A stretch of 64,000 nt of DNA from an uncultured Eubacteriales bacterium (GCA_934486825.1 CAKSQF010000012.1:14751-78750), one strand, 5' to 3'; numbered from the stretch's first letter, positions 9,386 to 19,531 are shown. Made by a program: numbers and translations. The notes: generated from the letters alone by a model not told the origin.

Positions 9386-11452
9386 TTGAAACAGTACAAT
9401 GCAAAGAACATAAGAAACGTTGCGCTTGTCGGTCACGCAAGTGCAGGCAAAACTTCTCTTGCGGAAGCGGCATACTATCTTACCGGAAAAGCCGACAGGC
9501 TCGGCAAGGTGGTTGACGGAACGACTATTTCCGATTTTGACCCCGAGGAGATCAAGCGCAAAAGCTCGGTATCCACATCTCTTATTCCCGTTGAGTGGAA
9601 GGATGTTAAAATAAATCTTCTGGACAGTCCCGGACTTTTCGATTTTGCCGGCGGCGTGAGCGAGGCAATAAGAGCGGCGGGCTCTGCCGTAATCGTCGTA
9701 TCCGGAAAGAGCGGCGTTGCGGTCGGAACCGAAAAGGCGTTTGCGGCGGCATCCAAAAAAGGAATAGCAAAGCTCTTTTTCATAAACAAGCTTGACAGCG
9801 AGCATGCCGATTTCTACAAGGTATTCGAAGAGCTGAAATCGACCTTCGGTCCCATGATCTGCCCGCTGGTTGTCCCCTACGTGGTCGATCACAAGGTAAA
9901 ATCATACATAAATCTGCTTGAATACCGTGCATACGAATACAAAAACGGCAAGGCAACCGAGGTTCCGATGCCCGACATGGGACACAGACTTGATGGTCTG
10001 CGCGCCGCAATTTCCGAAGCCGTCGCCGAAACAAGCGAAGAGCTTATGGAAAAATATTTCGCCGGCGAGGAATTCACTCCCGACGAGCTTATCATGGGTA
10101 TCGCAAACGGCGTGCGCAGAGGCGAGATAGCACCGGTATTCTGCGGCGCAACGCAGATACTCGAAGGCGTCGATCAACTTCTGAACGGACTTATCTGGCT
10201 TGCTCCGTGGGCTGAAACGGTTGCGGGCGAGACCGGTCACGACATGGCGGGCGAGCCGGTAAAGCTGACCGTCAATGAGGAGGCGCAGCCTGTCGTTACC
10301 GTATTCAAGACGGTCGTTGACCCGTTCGTCGGAAAGCTCCAGTATTTCAAGGTAATAAGCGGCAAGGTCACATCCGACACGGCTCTGCTGAACGTCCGCA
10401 CCGGAACAATAGAAAAATTCAACAAAATAATGTATGTCTGCGGCAAAAAACAGGAAAATGCGCAATGCATCGTTGCGGGTGACATAGGCGCGGTGGCGAA
10501 GCTTGCGTCCACATCGACAGGCGACACGCTCTGTTCGCCTTCAAGACCTATATCGCTTCCCGGAGTCGCGTTTGACCGTCCCTGCCTTTCGATGGCTGTC
10601 TTCCCGGTCAACAAGGGGGACGAAGAGAAAATCTTTGCCGGACTTGCGCGTCTTGCCGAGGAGGATCCGACGATATCCTTTGAAACCAACCGCGAAACGA
10701 GAGAAACCGTGCTTTCCGGACTCGGCGAGCAGCATCTTGACGTCATTGTATCCAAGCTGAAATCCAAATTCGGTGTCGATGTCACGCTTGCCGTGCCGAA
10801 GGTTGCTTACAGAGAGACAATACGCAAAAAGGTACAGGTACAGGGACGTCACAAGAAGCAGTCGGGCGGTCGCGGACAGTTCGGCGACATCTGGGTGGAA
10901 TTTGAGCCCTGCGACTCGGAAGAAATGATATTCGACGAAAGAGTTGTCGGCGGAGCGGTTCCGAAGAACTACTTCCCCGCAGTCGAAAAGGGACTTCGCG
11001 AATCGGCTCAGAAGGGCGTGCTCGCCGGATTCCCGATGGTCGGGCTGAAGGCAACCCTTTACGACGGCTCATATCATCCGGTTGACTCTTCCGAAATGGC
11101 ATTCAAGCTGGCGGCAAACATAGCATACAAAAACGGTATACCGCAGGCGGCTCCGGTTCTTCTTGAGCCGATCGGCAGACTCTGCGCATATGTACCCTCC
11201 TACAATACCGGCGACATCATGGGCGACATCACCAAGCGTCGCGGCAGAGTTATCGGAATGAATCCCGCCGAGGACAATCTGACCTGCATTGAGGCAGAGG
11301 TCCCGATTGCCGAGACAGGCGATTTTGCGACTATGCTCCGCTCGACGACTCAGGGCAGAGGTCATTACACCATCGATTTCGCGCGCTACGAGGAAGCTCC
11401 CGCGGCGGTTGCGCAAAAGGTAACCGAAGCATACAAATCGGACGAAGAATAA
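9386..11452 (+). CDS. Elongation factor G paralogue (EF-G2 type)
   Basis: 688 aa with a TTG start and AAAGGGG RBS. G1 is GHASAGKT, G3 is DSPGLFDF (no His after PG) and G4 is NKLD. The length fits a full five-domain EF-G. Confidence 0.8.
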   Translation: MKQYNAKNIRNVALVGHASAGKTSLAEAAYYLTGKADRLGKVVDGTTISDFDPEEIKRKSSVSTSLIPVEWKDVKINLLDSPGLFDFAGGVSEAIRAAGSAVIVVSGKSGVAVGTEKAFAAASKKGIAKLFFINKLDSEHADFYKVFEELKSTFGPMICPLVVPYVVDHKVKSYINLLEYRAYEYKNGKATEVPMPDMGHRLDGLRAAISEAVAETSEELMEKYFAGEEFTPDELIMGIANGVRRGEIAPVFCGATQILEGVDQLLNGLIWLAPWAETVAGETGHDMAGEPVKLTVNEEAQPVVTVFKTVVDPFVGKLQYFKVISGKVTSDTALLNVRTGTIEKFNKIMYVCGKKQENAQCIVAGDIGAVAKLASTSTGDTLCSPSRPISLPGVAFDRPCLSMAVFPVNKGDEEKIFAGLARLAEEDPTISFETNRETRETVLSGLGEQHLDVIVSKLKSKFGVDVTLAVPKVAYRETIRKKVQVQGRHKKQSGGRGQFGDIWVEFEPCDSEEMIFDERVVGGAVPKNYFPAVEKGLRESAQKGVLAGFPMVGLKATLYDGSYHPVDSSEMAFKLAANIAYKNGIPQAAPVLLEPIGRLCAYVPSYNTGDIMGDITKRRGRVIGMNPAEDNLTCIEAEVPIAETGDFATMLRSTTQGRGHYTIDFARYEEAPAAVAQKVTEAYKSDEE

Positions 11453-11457
11453 AAACC

Positions 11458-11493
11458 GAAACGGGTCTGCATTTTGCGGACCCGTTTCTTCGT
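11458..11493 (+). terminator. Hairpin after the EF-G-like gene
   Basis: GAAACGGGTC ... GACCCGTTTC stem with a weak T tail (TTCTTCG). Confidence 0.5.
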
Positions 11494-11571
11494 CGGTATC
11501 GTCATTTTTTCATTCTGCACCGAAACATGCGCCTTGCGGCAAAAATTTTTGTTTATTTTTTCGTCAATCAC

Positions 11572-11600
11572 TTGACAAACGTGACATCCGATGTTATACT
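11572..11600 (+). promoter_or_regulatory. Promoter of the GH2 tandem
   Basis: TTGACA-17 bp-TATACT. Confidence 0.6.
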
Positions 11601-11670
11601 TGCGGTGAAAATCGGCGAAATTTTCGCCGGACATATTGCATACTTTGCACATATTTAAGGAGAACTTTAT

Positions 11671-13383
11671 ATGAACATTCCGAAGACAGAATATCCGCGT
11701 CCGTCTCTCGTGCGTGACAACTGGATAAACTTAAACGGACAGTGGCAGTTCGAAATCGATCATGCCAACACCGGAATGGAACGCAAATTCTGGGAGCGCG
11801 AGACGCTTTCGGACAAAATTCTCGTTCCGTATGCACCCGAATCTGTACTCTCCGGCATAGGATATACCGATTTTATGCTGGCGGTCTGGTACAGACGCGA
11901 ATTTGACCTGCCCGCAGAGCCGTCGGACGGCAGAATACTCTTCCATATCGACGCCTGCGACTACCGCACCGTTGTCTTCATCAACGGCAAAAAGGTCGGT
12001 GAGCATGTCGGCGGCTACACTCCGTTTGCCTTCGATATCACCGATGTCGCGGTCCGCGGAGGAAAGAACACGGTTGTTGTATATGCATACGACAACACAA
12101 GAGATCCGCTCCAGCCTACCGGCAAGCAGGACAATGTCTACGACAATGTACACAAGTGCTGGTACTACACCAGAACGACCGGCATATGGCAGACGGTATG
12201 GATCGAATTTGTTCCGGATACATACATCGAAAAAATCAAGCTGACCCCCGACGTTGACAACAAAAAACTCAGAGTCAGGGTAAGCGCAAACAAGGTCGTC
12301 ACCGACGGCACTCTTTCGGTCAGAACAAGCTACAAGGGCAAAGATACCGGAAGCGCAGAGCTTAAATTCGACGGCAGATATGCCGAATTTGACCTTGATA
12401 TAACCGAACTGCATCTCTGGAATCCGGGTGCGCCCGAGATCTACGACATAGAGTTCACACTCAACTCGGACAGAGTCAAAAGTTATTTCGCAATGCGCAA
12501 GGTTGCAATCAAAGGCTATGCGATCGAAATAAACGACGTTCCGGTCTTCCAGCGTCTGGTTCTCGATCAGGGCTACTGCGGCGAAGGGCTGTACACGGCT
12601 CCTTCTTCCGATTACTACAAGCGCGAGATCGAATACGCGCTTGAAGCCGGCTTCAACGGTGCGCGTATGCACGAAAAGATTTTTGAGCCTTACTATCTTT
12701 ACTGGGCGGACATGCTCGGATATCTGCTCTGGGGTGAGTATCCGAACTACCACTGGAACGATTCGGATCCCGCGGCACTTGATTCGATGCTTCCCGAATG
12801 GATCGAAGCGGTCGAACGCGACTACAACCATCCGTCGATAATCGGCTGGTGTCCCGGAAACGAGGTCACATCCTACCGTATCGACAGAATCTACATTTTC
12901 CTTTACGATGTAACCCGTGCGATAGACCCCATGCGTCCGATAATCGACACATCGGGTTGGATACACGCAAAAACGGACATCTACGATTCGCATGACTATA
13001 CCGGTGACCCGGTCGAATTTGCAAAGCATTACGAATCGCTCAACACAGGTGTCGGTGATGTCTACATCAGCTACGGCTGGGGCAAGGTTCCCCCCGTACC
13101 CTATGAGGGACAGCCCTACTTTGTCTCCGAATTCGGCGCGTCGGCAGTCAACATTGAAAATCACGAGCCGACAGAGGAGGAATTCGAACGCTTCTACAAA
13201 ACCTTCAAGGAGCATGTGGACATTCTCATGGACAACAAGAGAATGTGCGCGTTCTGCTACTGCCAGTGGTGCGACTCCGCCGAGCATGAATGTAACGGCT
13301 TCATCACACAGGACAGACGCAAGAAATACGACTTCGCACGTACCCGCGAAATAATGGGACGCAAAGCGGAAATAGAGAAATAA
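11671..13383 (+). CDS. GH2-family glycosidase (beta-glucuronidase/galactosidase-like), copy 1
   Basis: 570 aa. GH2 sugar-binding N-domain (GGYTPFAFDITD), TIM-barrel motifs GFNGARMHEKIFEP and WCPGNE, AAGGAG RBS. Confidence 0.75.
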   Translation: MNIPKTEYPRPSLVRDNWINLNGQWQFEIDHANTGMERKFWERETLSDKILVPYAPESVLSGIGYTDFMLAVWYRREFDLPAEPSDGRILFHIDACDYRTVVFINGKKVGEHVGGYTPFAFDITDVAVRGGKNTVVVYAYDNTRDPLQPTGKQDNVYDNVHKCWYYTRTTGIWQTVWIEFVPDTYIEKIKLTPDVDNKKLRVRVSANKVVTDGTLSVRTSYKGKDTGSAELKFDGRYAEFDLDITELHLWNPGAPEIYDIEFTLNSDRVKSYFAMRKVAIKGYAIEINDVPVFQRLVLDQGYCGEGLYTAPSSDYYKREIEYALEAGFNGARMHEKIFEPYYLYWADMLGYLLWGEYPNYHWNDSDPAALDSMLPEWIEAVERDYNHPSIIGWCPGNEVTSYRIDRIYIFLYDVTRAIDPMRPIIDTSGWIHAKTDIYDSHDYTGDPVEFAKHYESLNTGVGDVYISYGWGKVPPVPYEGQPYFVSEFGASAVNIENHEPTEEEFERFYKTFKEHVDILMDNKRMCAFCYCQWCDSAEHECNGFITQDRRKKYDFARTREIMGRKAEIEK

Positions 13384-13414
13384 CGCAAAAATCAACACAG
13401 CAAAAGGAGAAAAA

Positions 13415-15136
13415 ATGAACACAGAAAACAGAATCCCCCGTCCCGAATATCCCCGTCCGAGGATGGTCAGAAACGAATGGATGAATCTTAACGGACAGTG
13501 GCAGTTTGAAATCGACCATTCGGACACCGGAGTCGAGCGCAAGTTCTACGAGCGCACCGATTTTGACCGCGAAATAACCGTTCCGTTTGTTCCCGAGTCA
13601 AAGCTGTCCGGAATCGAATATATTGACTTCATGAAGGCTGTATGGTACCGCCGTACCTTCACCCTTCCCGCTTCCTGGAAAGGCGGTCGCACGCTCATTC
13701 ACTTCGGTGCGGTAGATTACAGAAGCCAAGTCTGGATAAACGGCAAGCTCGTCGGCAAGCACACCGGCGGCTACACTCCGTTCGCCTTCGATATCACCGA
13801 CAGCCTTAATGACGGCGAAAACAGCGTTGTCGTATACGCATTCGACGACACCCGCGACAGACTCCAGCCGAGCGGCAAACAGTCAATGAAATACAGCAAC
13901 TATGCGGCTCAATATACCCGCTGCACCGGCATATGGCAGACCGTATGGCTTGAGCACGTACCCGATATCTATGTTGAAAAGCTGAAGCTGACGCCCGATG
14001 TCGATGCGGGCAGGCTCCTTGCGCTTGTAAGCCTCAACGCACGTTATGAAGGCAAGGTAACCGCGGTCGTAAGCTACAAGGGTGAAGAGATCGCACGCAA
14101 AGAGGTCTGCTGTGCGGCAAAATATGTTGAATTTTCGGTTGATATCCCCGACGCACACCTTTGGTTCCCCGAATCCCCCGAGCTTTACGATCTTGAAATC
14201 CTTGCCGGCAATGACAGCGTAAAAACCTATTTCGGCATGAGAAAGGTTGCCATCAAGGGCAACGCGATCGAAATCAACGACCGTCCGATATATCAGAGAC
14301 TCGTTCTCGATCAGGGCTATTATCCGGACGGAATCTACACCGCTCCCACCGAAGAGGACATAAAGCACGACATCGAACTGTCGATGGCAGTCGGCTTCAA
14401 CGGCGCGCGCATGCACATGAAGGTCTTCGAACCCGCCTTCTCATACTGGGCAGACCACATGGGCTATCTCATCTGGGGCGAATACCCCAACTGGGGACTT
14501 GACGTAAGCAAGCCTGCGGCACTTCTTTCGATGCTTCCCGAATGGCTTGAGGCGGTTGAGCGCGACTACAACAGTCCTGCGCTTGTCGGATGGTGCCCTT
14601 TCAACGAAACCCAGGGCGACCGCAAGGCAAGCATATTCACGACAGTTTACGACGTGACACGCGCGATAGACCCGATGCGTCCGATCATCGACTCGTCCGG
14701 ATGGACACATGCCGACAAGACCGACATCTTTGACGTGCACGACTACGATCAGAACCCTGTCACCTTTGCCGAGCGCTACAAGCCGCTTATCACAGGTGAA
14801 GGAGACATCTACTATTGCCGCAACGCCGCCGAAACATATAAGGGTCAGCCTTATTTCGTATCCGAATTCGGCGGAACGCACTGGGACATCGACAGCGACG
14901 GTACCGAGGGCTGGGGCTACGGCAACGCACCGAAGGACATCGATGAAGTGTACTACCGCATAGAGGGCTTTGTCACGGCACTGCTTGAAAATCCCAAGAT
15001 GTGTGCATTCTGCTACACTCAGCTTACCGACGTCATGCAGGAAAAGAACGGCATCTATTCGTACGATCGCCGCGAAAAATTCGACCGCGAGCGTCTCTAT
15101 AAGATAATGACCAAGAAAGCTGCAATCGAGAAATAA
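13415..15136 (+). CDS. GH2-family glycosidase, copy 2 (paralogue of 11671-13383)
   Basis: 573 aa, roughly 60 percent identical by eye to copy 1 (NLNGQWQFEIDH, GGYTPFAFDITD, GFNGARMH, WCPFNE). AAGGAG RBS 31 nt after copy 1. Confidence 0.75.
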   Translation: MNTENRIPRPEYPRPRMVRNEWMNLNGQWQFEIDHSDTGVERKFYERTDFDREITVPFVPESKLSGIEYIDFMKAVWYRRTFTLPASWKGGRTLIHFGAVDYRSQVWINGKLVGKHTGGYTPFAFDITDSLNDGENSVVVYAFDDTRDRLQPSGKQSMKYSNYAAQYTRCTGIWQTVWLEHVPDIYVEKLKLTPDVDAGRLLALVSLNARYEGKVTAVVSYKGEEIARKEVCCAAKYVEFSVDIPDAHLWFPESPELYDLEILAGNDSVKTYFGMRKVAIKGNAIEINDRPIYQRLVLDQGYYPDGIYTAPTEEDIKHDIELSMAVGFNGARMHMKVFEPAFSYWADHMGYLIWGEYPNWGLDVSKPAALLSMLPEWLEAVERDYNSPALVGWCPFNETQGDRKASIFTTVYDVTRAIDPMRPIIDSSGWTHADKTDIFDVHDYDQNPVTFAERYKPLITGEGDIYYCRNAAETYKGQPYFVSEFGGTHWDIDSDGTEGWGYGNAPKDIDEVYYRIEGFVTALLENPKMCAFCYTQLTDVMQEKNGIYSYDRREKFDRERLYKIMTKKAAIEK

Positions 15137-15156
15137 TTTCGGAACTTACCGAAAAA

Positions 15157-15190
15157 ATATCCGCGAAAAAGCTTTTCGCGGATATTTTTC
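15157..15190 (+). terminator. Terminator after the GH2 tandem
   Basis: ATATCCGCGAAAA / TTTTCGCGGATAT stem followed by TTTT. Confidence 0.8.
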
Positions 15191-15208
15191 ATTTTGTACG
15201 CTTTTCTA

Positions 15209-15237
15209 TTGAAATTTTTGTTTTTTTATGATAGAAT
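15209..15237 (+). promoter_or_regulatory. Promoter of the 739-aa gene
   Basis: TTGAAA-17 bp-TAGAAT. Confidence 0.55.
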
Positions 15238-15282
15238 ATTCGAACATACCGTCCGATGGTCTGAAATCCGGGGAGAGCCGAT

Positions 15283-17502
15283 ATGAAAGATATTCTGCCG
15301 ACCGAAAAAGGAAAAAAACTTGAATTTTCTCACTTTCCCGACCCCCTTTGCGCATTTGTTTACCGCAACTGGGGCATAATTCCCGCCGCAACCATGGCAA
15401 AAACGGTAGAGGCGACCGAGGACGGGATATGCCGTCTTGCCGCCGACATGGGACTGCCCCCCGCAGAGCCCGACCCACGCACTCTCGCGTGCGGGTATCT
15501 GACCGTTATCCGTGCAAACTGGCATCTGCTTGATTACGAACAGCTTTGCACTCTTCTGGGATGGTCGGAGGAGAAGCTTACATATGTCATCAGAGAAGAA
15601 GACTTTTTCGGCGAAAAGCTCGGCGGTTTCAAGCCGGATACCGGAAAGCTGCTCTGGCATGATTTCGACCGTTCATCCCTGGAGCCGATCCGCAGAGCGA
15701 CGATCGACTTTTATGACCGTCTCCCCGCAAAAACAGCATCCCTGTTCGACTTTGTGAAATCCTTCGAAAAGGCTGCGGTCGGCGGTGTCGGGTCAGCCTC
15801 CTTCCATGACGCGCGTTTTGAAGATCGGATTGTCTATCCATATTGCGCACTGTACGGAGACACCTTCCTTTCGGATACCGATTTTTCTTTTCCAGACGAG
15901 CTTCTTGAAGCTTATCGTGCGGTCGGTGTTAACGGGATATGGTGTCAGGCGGTCCTCTATACACTGGCTCCCTTCCCTTTTGATCGGTCACTGTCCGAGC
16001 ATTACGAAATGCGGCTTGCGAACATGAAAGCTCTGACCGAACGCATGGCAAAGTTCGGTCTGAAGCTCTATTTATATCTGAACGAGCCGCGCTCAATGCC
16101 GATTTCCTTCTTTGAAACGCATCCCGGGCTCAAAGGAGCCGTTCACGGTGATTATGCCTCTCTTTGCACCTCTGTACCCGAGGTACAGCACTACATTAAG
16201 GACGCGGTAGCGACGATTACCCGCTCGGTGCCGCTGCTCGGCGGATTTTTTACCGTCGTTGCCTCCGAAAATCGTACAAACTGCTATTCTCATTATGAAG
16301 ACGGTCAGACCGATTGTCCCCGTTGCCGACACCGGAGGCGAGCCGATGTGCTTGCGGAAGTCAATGAGCTCATCCGCGAGGGTGTCTCGTCGGTTAATCC
16401 CTCGGTGAAGGTCATCGCATGGAATTGGGGAATGTACGGAGAGCTTCCCGCCGAATTTACCGACGCCCTGCCGACCGATGTTGCCGTAATGGGAGTCAGC
16501 GAACAGGCTGTCGAAAAGACGGTCGGCGGGGTCGTGACCCGTGTGATCGACTACTCGATATCGGTGGTGGGACCGGGTAATTTTGCGCGTGAGATATGGC
16601 GGCGTGCCGCCCGAAGAGGACAGAAGCGATATGCAAAATGTCAGTTCAACAACACGTGGGAGTGTTCGTTTGTTCCGTTTCTGCCGGCATTCCGACAGGT
16701 TTACACCCACATGAAGGGACTTTGCAGGGAGCAGGTAAACGGCATTTTTCTCAGCTGGACCCTCGGAGGATTCCCGTCGGTGACCCTCCGCATACTCTCT
16801 CCGATGTTTGACAGAGGCGAAATTCCGTCTCTCCGTTCATTGTACGAAAGGGTATTTCCCGCCGAAGCCGTCGATATCGTGGAGCGGGCGGGAGAATATT
16901 TCAGCAACGCTTTCGATAATTTTCCGTTTGATCTTCAGGTTGCGTATCTCGCGCCTCAGAATTACGGTCCGGCTTGTCTTTTGTTCGAAAAGCCGACCGG
17001 ATGCAAGGCAACCATGATCGGATACCCCTATGACGACCTTGACAGCTGGCGTTCGATATACCCCGAGGATGTCTTTGAAAATCAGTTTTTGCTCCTTTCC
17101 GACGGGTGGGAGCGCGGGAACCGATTGCTCGGAGAGCTACCCGTGAAGTCGTCTGCACTCGATGAACTGATTGACTGCGCAGAAGCTGCCTACTGCCATT
17201 TTCGCTCGACCTATCTGCAGATACGTTTCGTCCGCGTCAGGGACGGCAGAGAAAAAGGTGATCTTGCCGAAATTGCCGAAGAGGAGGCATCGCTTGCCCT
17301 GCGTCTTGCGGCGGTGCAGCGGCACAATCCCTGCATAGGCTACGAATCCTCCAATCATTATTTCTACAACACCGCACTGCTGGCGGAAAAATACATTAAC
17401 TGCCGCTACCTGTCCGACCGTATGAGGCGGGGCGGGTCACTGTCCGGCGAAAAACAACAAAGGAGAGGGGAGCCGATCACGGCGCCCCGGCTGAATCAAT
17501 GA
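15283..17502 (+). CDS. Hypothetical 739-aa protein, possibly a clan GH-A-like TIM-barrel glycosidase
   Basis: Long ORF with a GGGGAGAG RBS. The central segment KLYLYLNEPRSMP carries an NEP motif as in clan A acid/base strands. I recognise no family; it lies in glycosidase context. Confidence 0.6.
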   Translation: MKDILPTEKGKKLEFSHFPDPLCAFVYRNWGIIPAATMAKTVEATEDGICRLAADMGLPPAEPDPRTLACGYLTVIRANWHLLDYEQLCTLLGWSEEKLTYVIREEDFFGEKLGGFKPDTGKLLWHDFDRSSLEPIRRATIDFYDRLPAKTASLFDFVKSFEKAAVGGVGSASFHDARFEDRIVYPYCALYGDTFLSDTDFSFPDELLEAYRAVGVNGIWCQAVLYTLAPFPFDRSLSEHYEMRLANMKALTERMAKFGLKLYLYLNEPRSMPISFFETHPGLKGAVHGDYASLCTSVPEVQHYIKDAVATITRSVPLLGGFFTVVASENRTNCYSHYEDGQTDCPRCRHRRRADVLAEVNELIREGVSSVNPSVKVIAWNWGMYGELPAEFTDALPTDVAVMGVSEQAVEKTVGGVVTRVIDYSISVVGPGNFAREIWRRAARRGQKRYAKCQFNNTWECSFVPFLPAFRQVYTHMKGLCREQVNGIFLSWTLGGFPSVTLRILSPMFDRGEIPSLRSLYERVFPAEAVDIVERAGEYFSNAFDNFPFDLQVAYLAPQNYGPACLLFEKPTGCKATMIGYPYDDLDSWRSIYPEDVFENQFLLLSDGWERGNRLLGELPVKSSALDELIDCAEAAYCHFRSTYLQIRFVRVRDGREKGDLAEIAEEEASLALRLAAVQRHNPCIGYESSNHYFYNTALLAEKYINCRYLSDRMRRGGSLSGEKQQRRGEPITAPRLNQ

Positions 17503-18854
17503 AAAAAAGACTTACACTATCCGAAACACTCGCCGTCGGCAGTATGCTGTTCGGACTCTTCTTCGGAGCCGGAAATCTGATATTCCCTGTTTTCATGGGA
17601 CAATCGGCAGGCTCGAACGTATGGACCGCAATCATCGGATTTCTGATTACGGGCGTCGGCATACCGCTTCTCGGCGTGGCATCGCTCGGAATGAGCCGAA
17701 GCGAGGGGCTGCTTGAAATGAGCGGAAAGATCGGCAAAAAATATGCCGTTTTCTTCACGATCGCACTTTATCTGACGATAGGGCCCTTCTTTGCAATCCC
17801 CCGTTGTGCCTCCACCTCCTTTTCGGTCGGGCTGAGACCGATGATAAGCGACAGTGCGACGGCAACTATTGCGACATGGGTATTTTGCTTCCTCTTTTTT
17901 GCCGCCGTCCTCTGGTTTTCACTGCGACCCGGCAAAATACTTACATGGGTCGGTCGCATACTTACCCCGCTTTTCCTTGTCTGCCTTGCGATCCTCATTG
18001 TAACGGCGCTCGTAAGACCCGCCGGCGATTATACCGCCGTTGAGCCGCAGACGGCATACAAAAGCGCCGCCTTCTTTACCGGCTTCATTGACGGCTACAA
18101 CACGATGGATGCACTCGCAAGCCTTGCGTTCGGCATCGTCATAGTCAACGCGATAAGGGGAATCGGCGTAAAGGAGCCTGCGGCAATCGCAAAAAACACC
18201 GTAATTTCCGGTATTCTCGGCTGTGCGGTAATGGCACTGATCTACGGCGCTCTTGCGATAGCGGGAGCACAGAGCAGAGCGATCTATCCGCTCTCCGCCG
18301 ACGGAGGCGAAGCGCTCAATCTGATAGCAAGGCATTACTTCGGTAACGTCGGCGGCATTGTACTTGCAGTGACGGTTACCCTTGCATGTCTTAAGACTGC
18401 GGTCGGACTGATTACAAGCTGCGGTGAAACTTTTTGCGAAATATTCCCGAAGGGTCCGAAATATCATCATTTTGCGATCGGCTTCTGCGTCCTGTCATTT
18501 CTGATCTCGACGATCGGACTGTCGGCGATCATTTCGTGGTCGCTCCCGGTGCTTATGTTCCTCTATCCGCTTGCAATAACGCTGATTCTGCTTGCGCTCT
18601 GCGGAAATCTGTTCGGAAATGACCGCAGGGTATACGTTTCGGTGACGGTATTCACCTTTGCCGCCGCGATCTTCGATTTTACAAAATCGCTCCCGGGGAA
18701 GCTTCCGGAGGCGCCCGTGATAAAGCAGATAAACCACATCGGAAGCCTGCTTCCGTTTTCGGATATCGGACTCGGATGGGTCTGCCCTGCGGCGGTCGGT
18801 CTTGTCGTCGGACTCATTTTAAAGCTTATTTTCGGGAAGCGCAAAAAAGCATAA
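17499..18854 (+). CDS. brnQ: Branched-chain amino acid transporter BrnQ (LIVCS family)
   Basis: 451 aa with about 12 TM segments and the N-terminal signature MLFGLFFGAGNLIFPVFMGQ. ATGA overlap with the upstream gene. Confidence 0.85.
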   Translation: MKKRLTLSETLAVGSMLFGLFFGAGNLIFPVFMGQSAGSNVWTAIIGFLITGVGIPLLGVASLGMSRSEGLLEMSGKIGKKYAVFFTIALYLTIGPFFAIPRCASTSFSVGLRPMISDSATATIATWVFCFLFFAAVLWFSLRPGKILTWVGRILTPLFLVCLAILIVTALVRPAGDYTAVEPQTAYKSAAFFTGFIDGYNTMDALASLAFGIVIVNAIRGIGVKEPAAIAKNTVISGILGCAVMALIYGALAIAGAQSRAIYPLSADGGEALNLIARHYFGNVGGIVLAVTVTLACLKTAVGLITSCGETFCEIFPKGPKYHHFAIGFCVLSFLISTIGLSAIISWSLPVLMFLYPLAITLILLALCGNLFGNDRRVYVSVTVFTFAAAIFDFTKSLPGKLPEAPVIKQINHIGSLLPFSDIGLGWVCPAAVGLVVGLILKLIFGKRKKA

Positions 18855-18875
18855 TCACAAACAAAACCCAAAAAA

Positions 18876-18899
18876 GGAGCGCAATTGCGCTCCTTTTTT
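18876..18899 (+). terminator. Terminator after brnQ
   Basis: GGAGCGC-AATT-GCGCTCC followed by T6. Confidence 0.85.
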
Positions 18900-18967
18900 G
18901 CTCTGCCGTATAGCGTCACATATTTTCGGAAATACTGACTGCAAAAACAAGGAGTGTGATTGTAATT

Positions 18968-19531
18968 ATGTCGCTTATCGGCAAAGAAATCGCCGACTTC
19001 TCGGTAATGTCATACAGGGACAACAGATTTGAAAAAATCGCAAAAAAAGATCTTCTCGGCAGATGGAGTCTGCTTTTCTTCTATCCCGCCGACTTCTCGT
19101 TCGTCTGTCCGACCGAGCTTGAGGATCTTCAGGAGCATTATGACGACTTCAAAGGTGAGGGTTGCGAAATATACGCGGTTTCGACCGACAGCCATTTTGT
19201 ACACAAGGCATGGCACGACTCTTCCGAAAAGGTTGGAAAGGTGACATATCCGATGCTTGCCGATCCCGCCCATCGGCTTTCGCTTGACTTCGATGTTCTT
19301 TCGGACGACGACGGCATGTCCGAGCGCGCGGTCTTCATTCTCGATCCGAAAGGCAAAATAGTTTCGTGCGCAATAAATTCAGGCGGAGTCGGACGCAATG
19401 CCGCCGAGCTGTTGCGGATTCTGCGTGCCTGCAAATTCGTGGACGAGCACGGCGACAGAGTCTGTCCCGCAGGCTGGCAGAAGGGCGACGACACGCTTGC
19501 CCCGAGTCTCGATCTTGTAGGTAGCCTGTGA
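18968..19531 (+). CDS. ahpC: Peroxiredoxin AhpC (typical 2-Cys)
   Basis: MSLIGKEIADF start, peroxidatic motif FFYPADFSFVCPTEL and resolving Cys in RVCPAGW. The ATG at 18968 is preferred over the GTG at 18956. Confidence 0.9.
   Translation: MSLIGKEIADFSVMSYRDNRFEKIAKKDLLGRWSLLFFYPADFSFVCPTELEDLQEHYDDFKGEGCEIYAVSTDSHFVHKAWHDSSEKVGKVTYPMLADPAHRLSLDFDVLSDDDGMSERAVFILDPKGKIVSCAINSGGVGRNAAELLRILRACKFVDEHGDRVCPAGWQKGDDTLAPSLDLVGSL

Noticed and set aside
11731-13542. 603-aa ORF on the minus strand.
   Set aside because: It is entirely antisense to the well-supported GH2 gene(s). The Arg/Val/Cys-rich low-complexity translation has no RBS or motifs. This is a typical shadow ORF of a GC-rich coding region.
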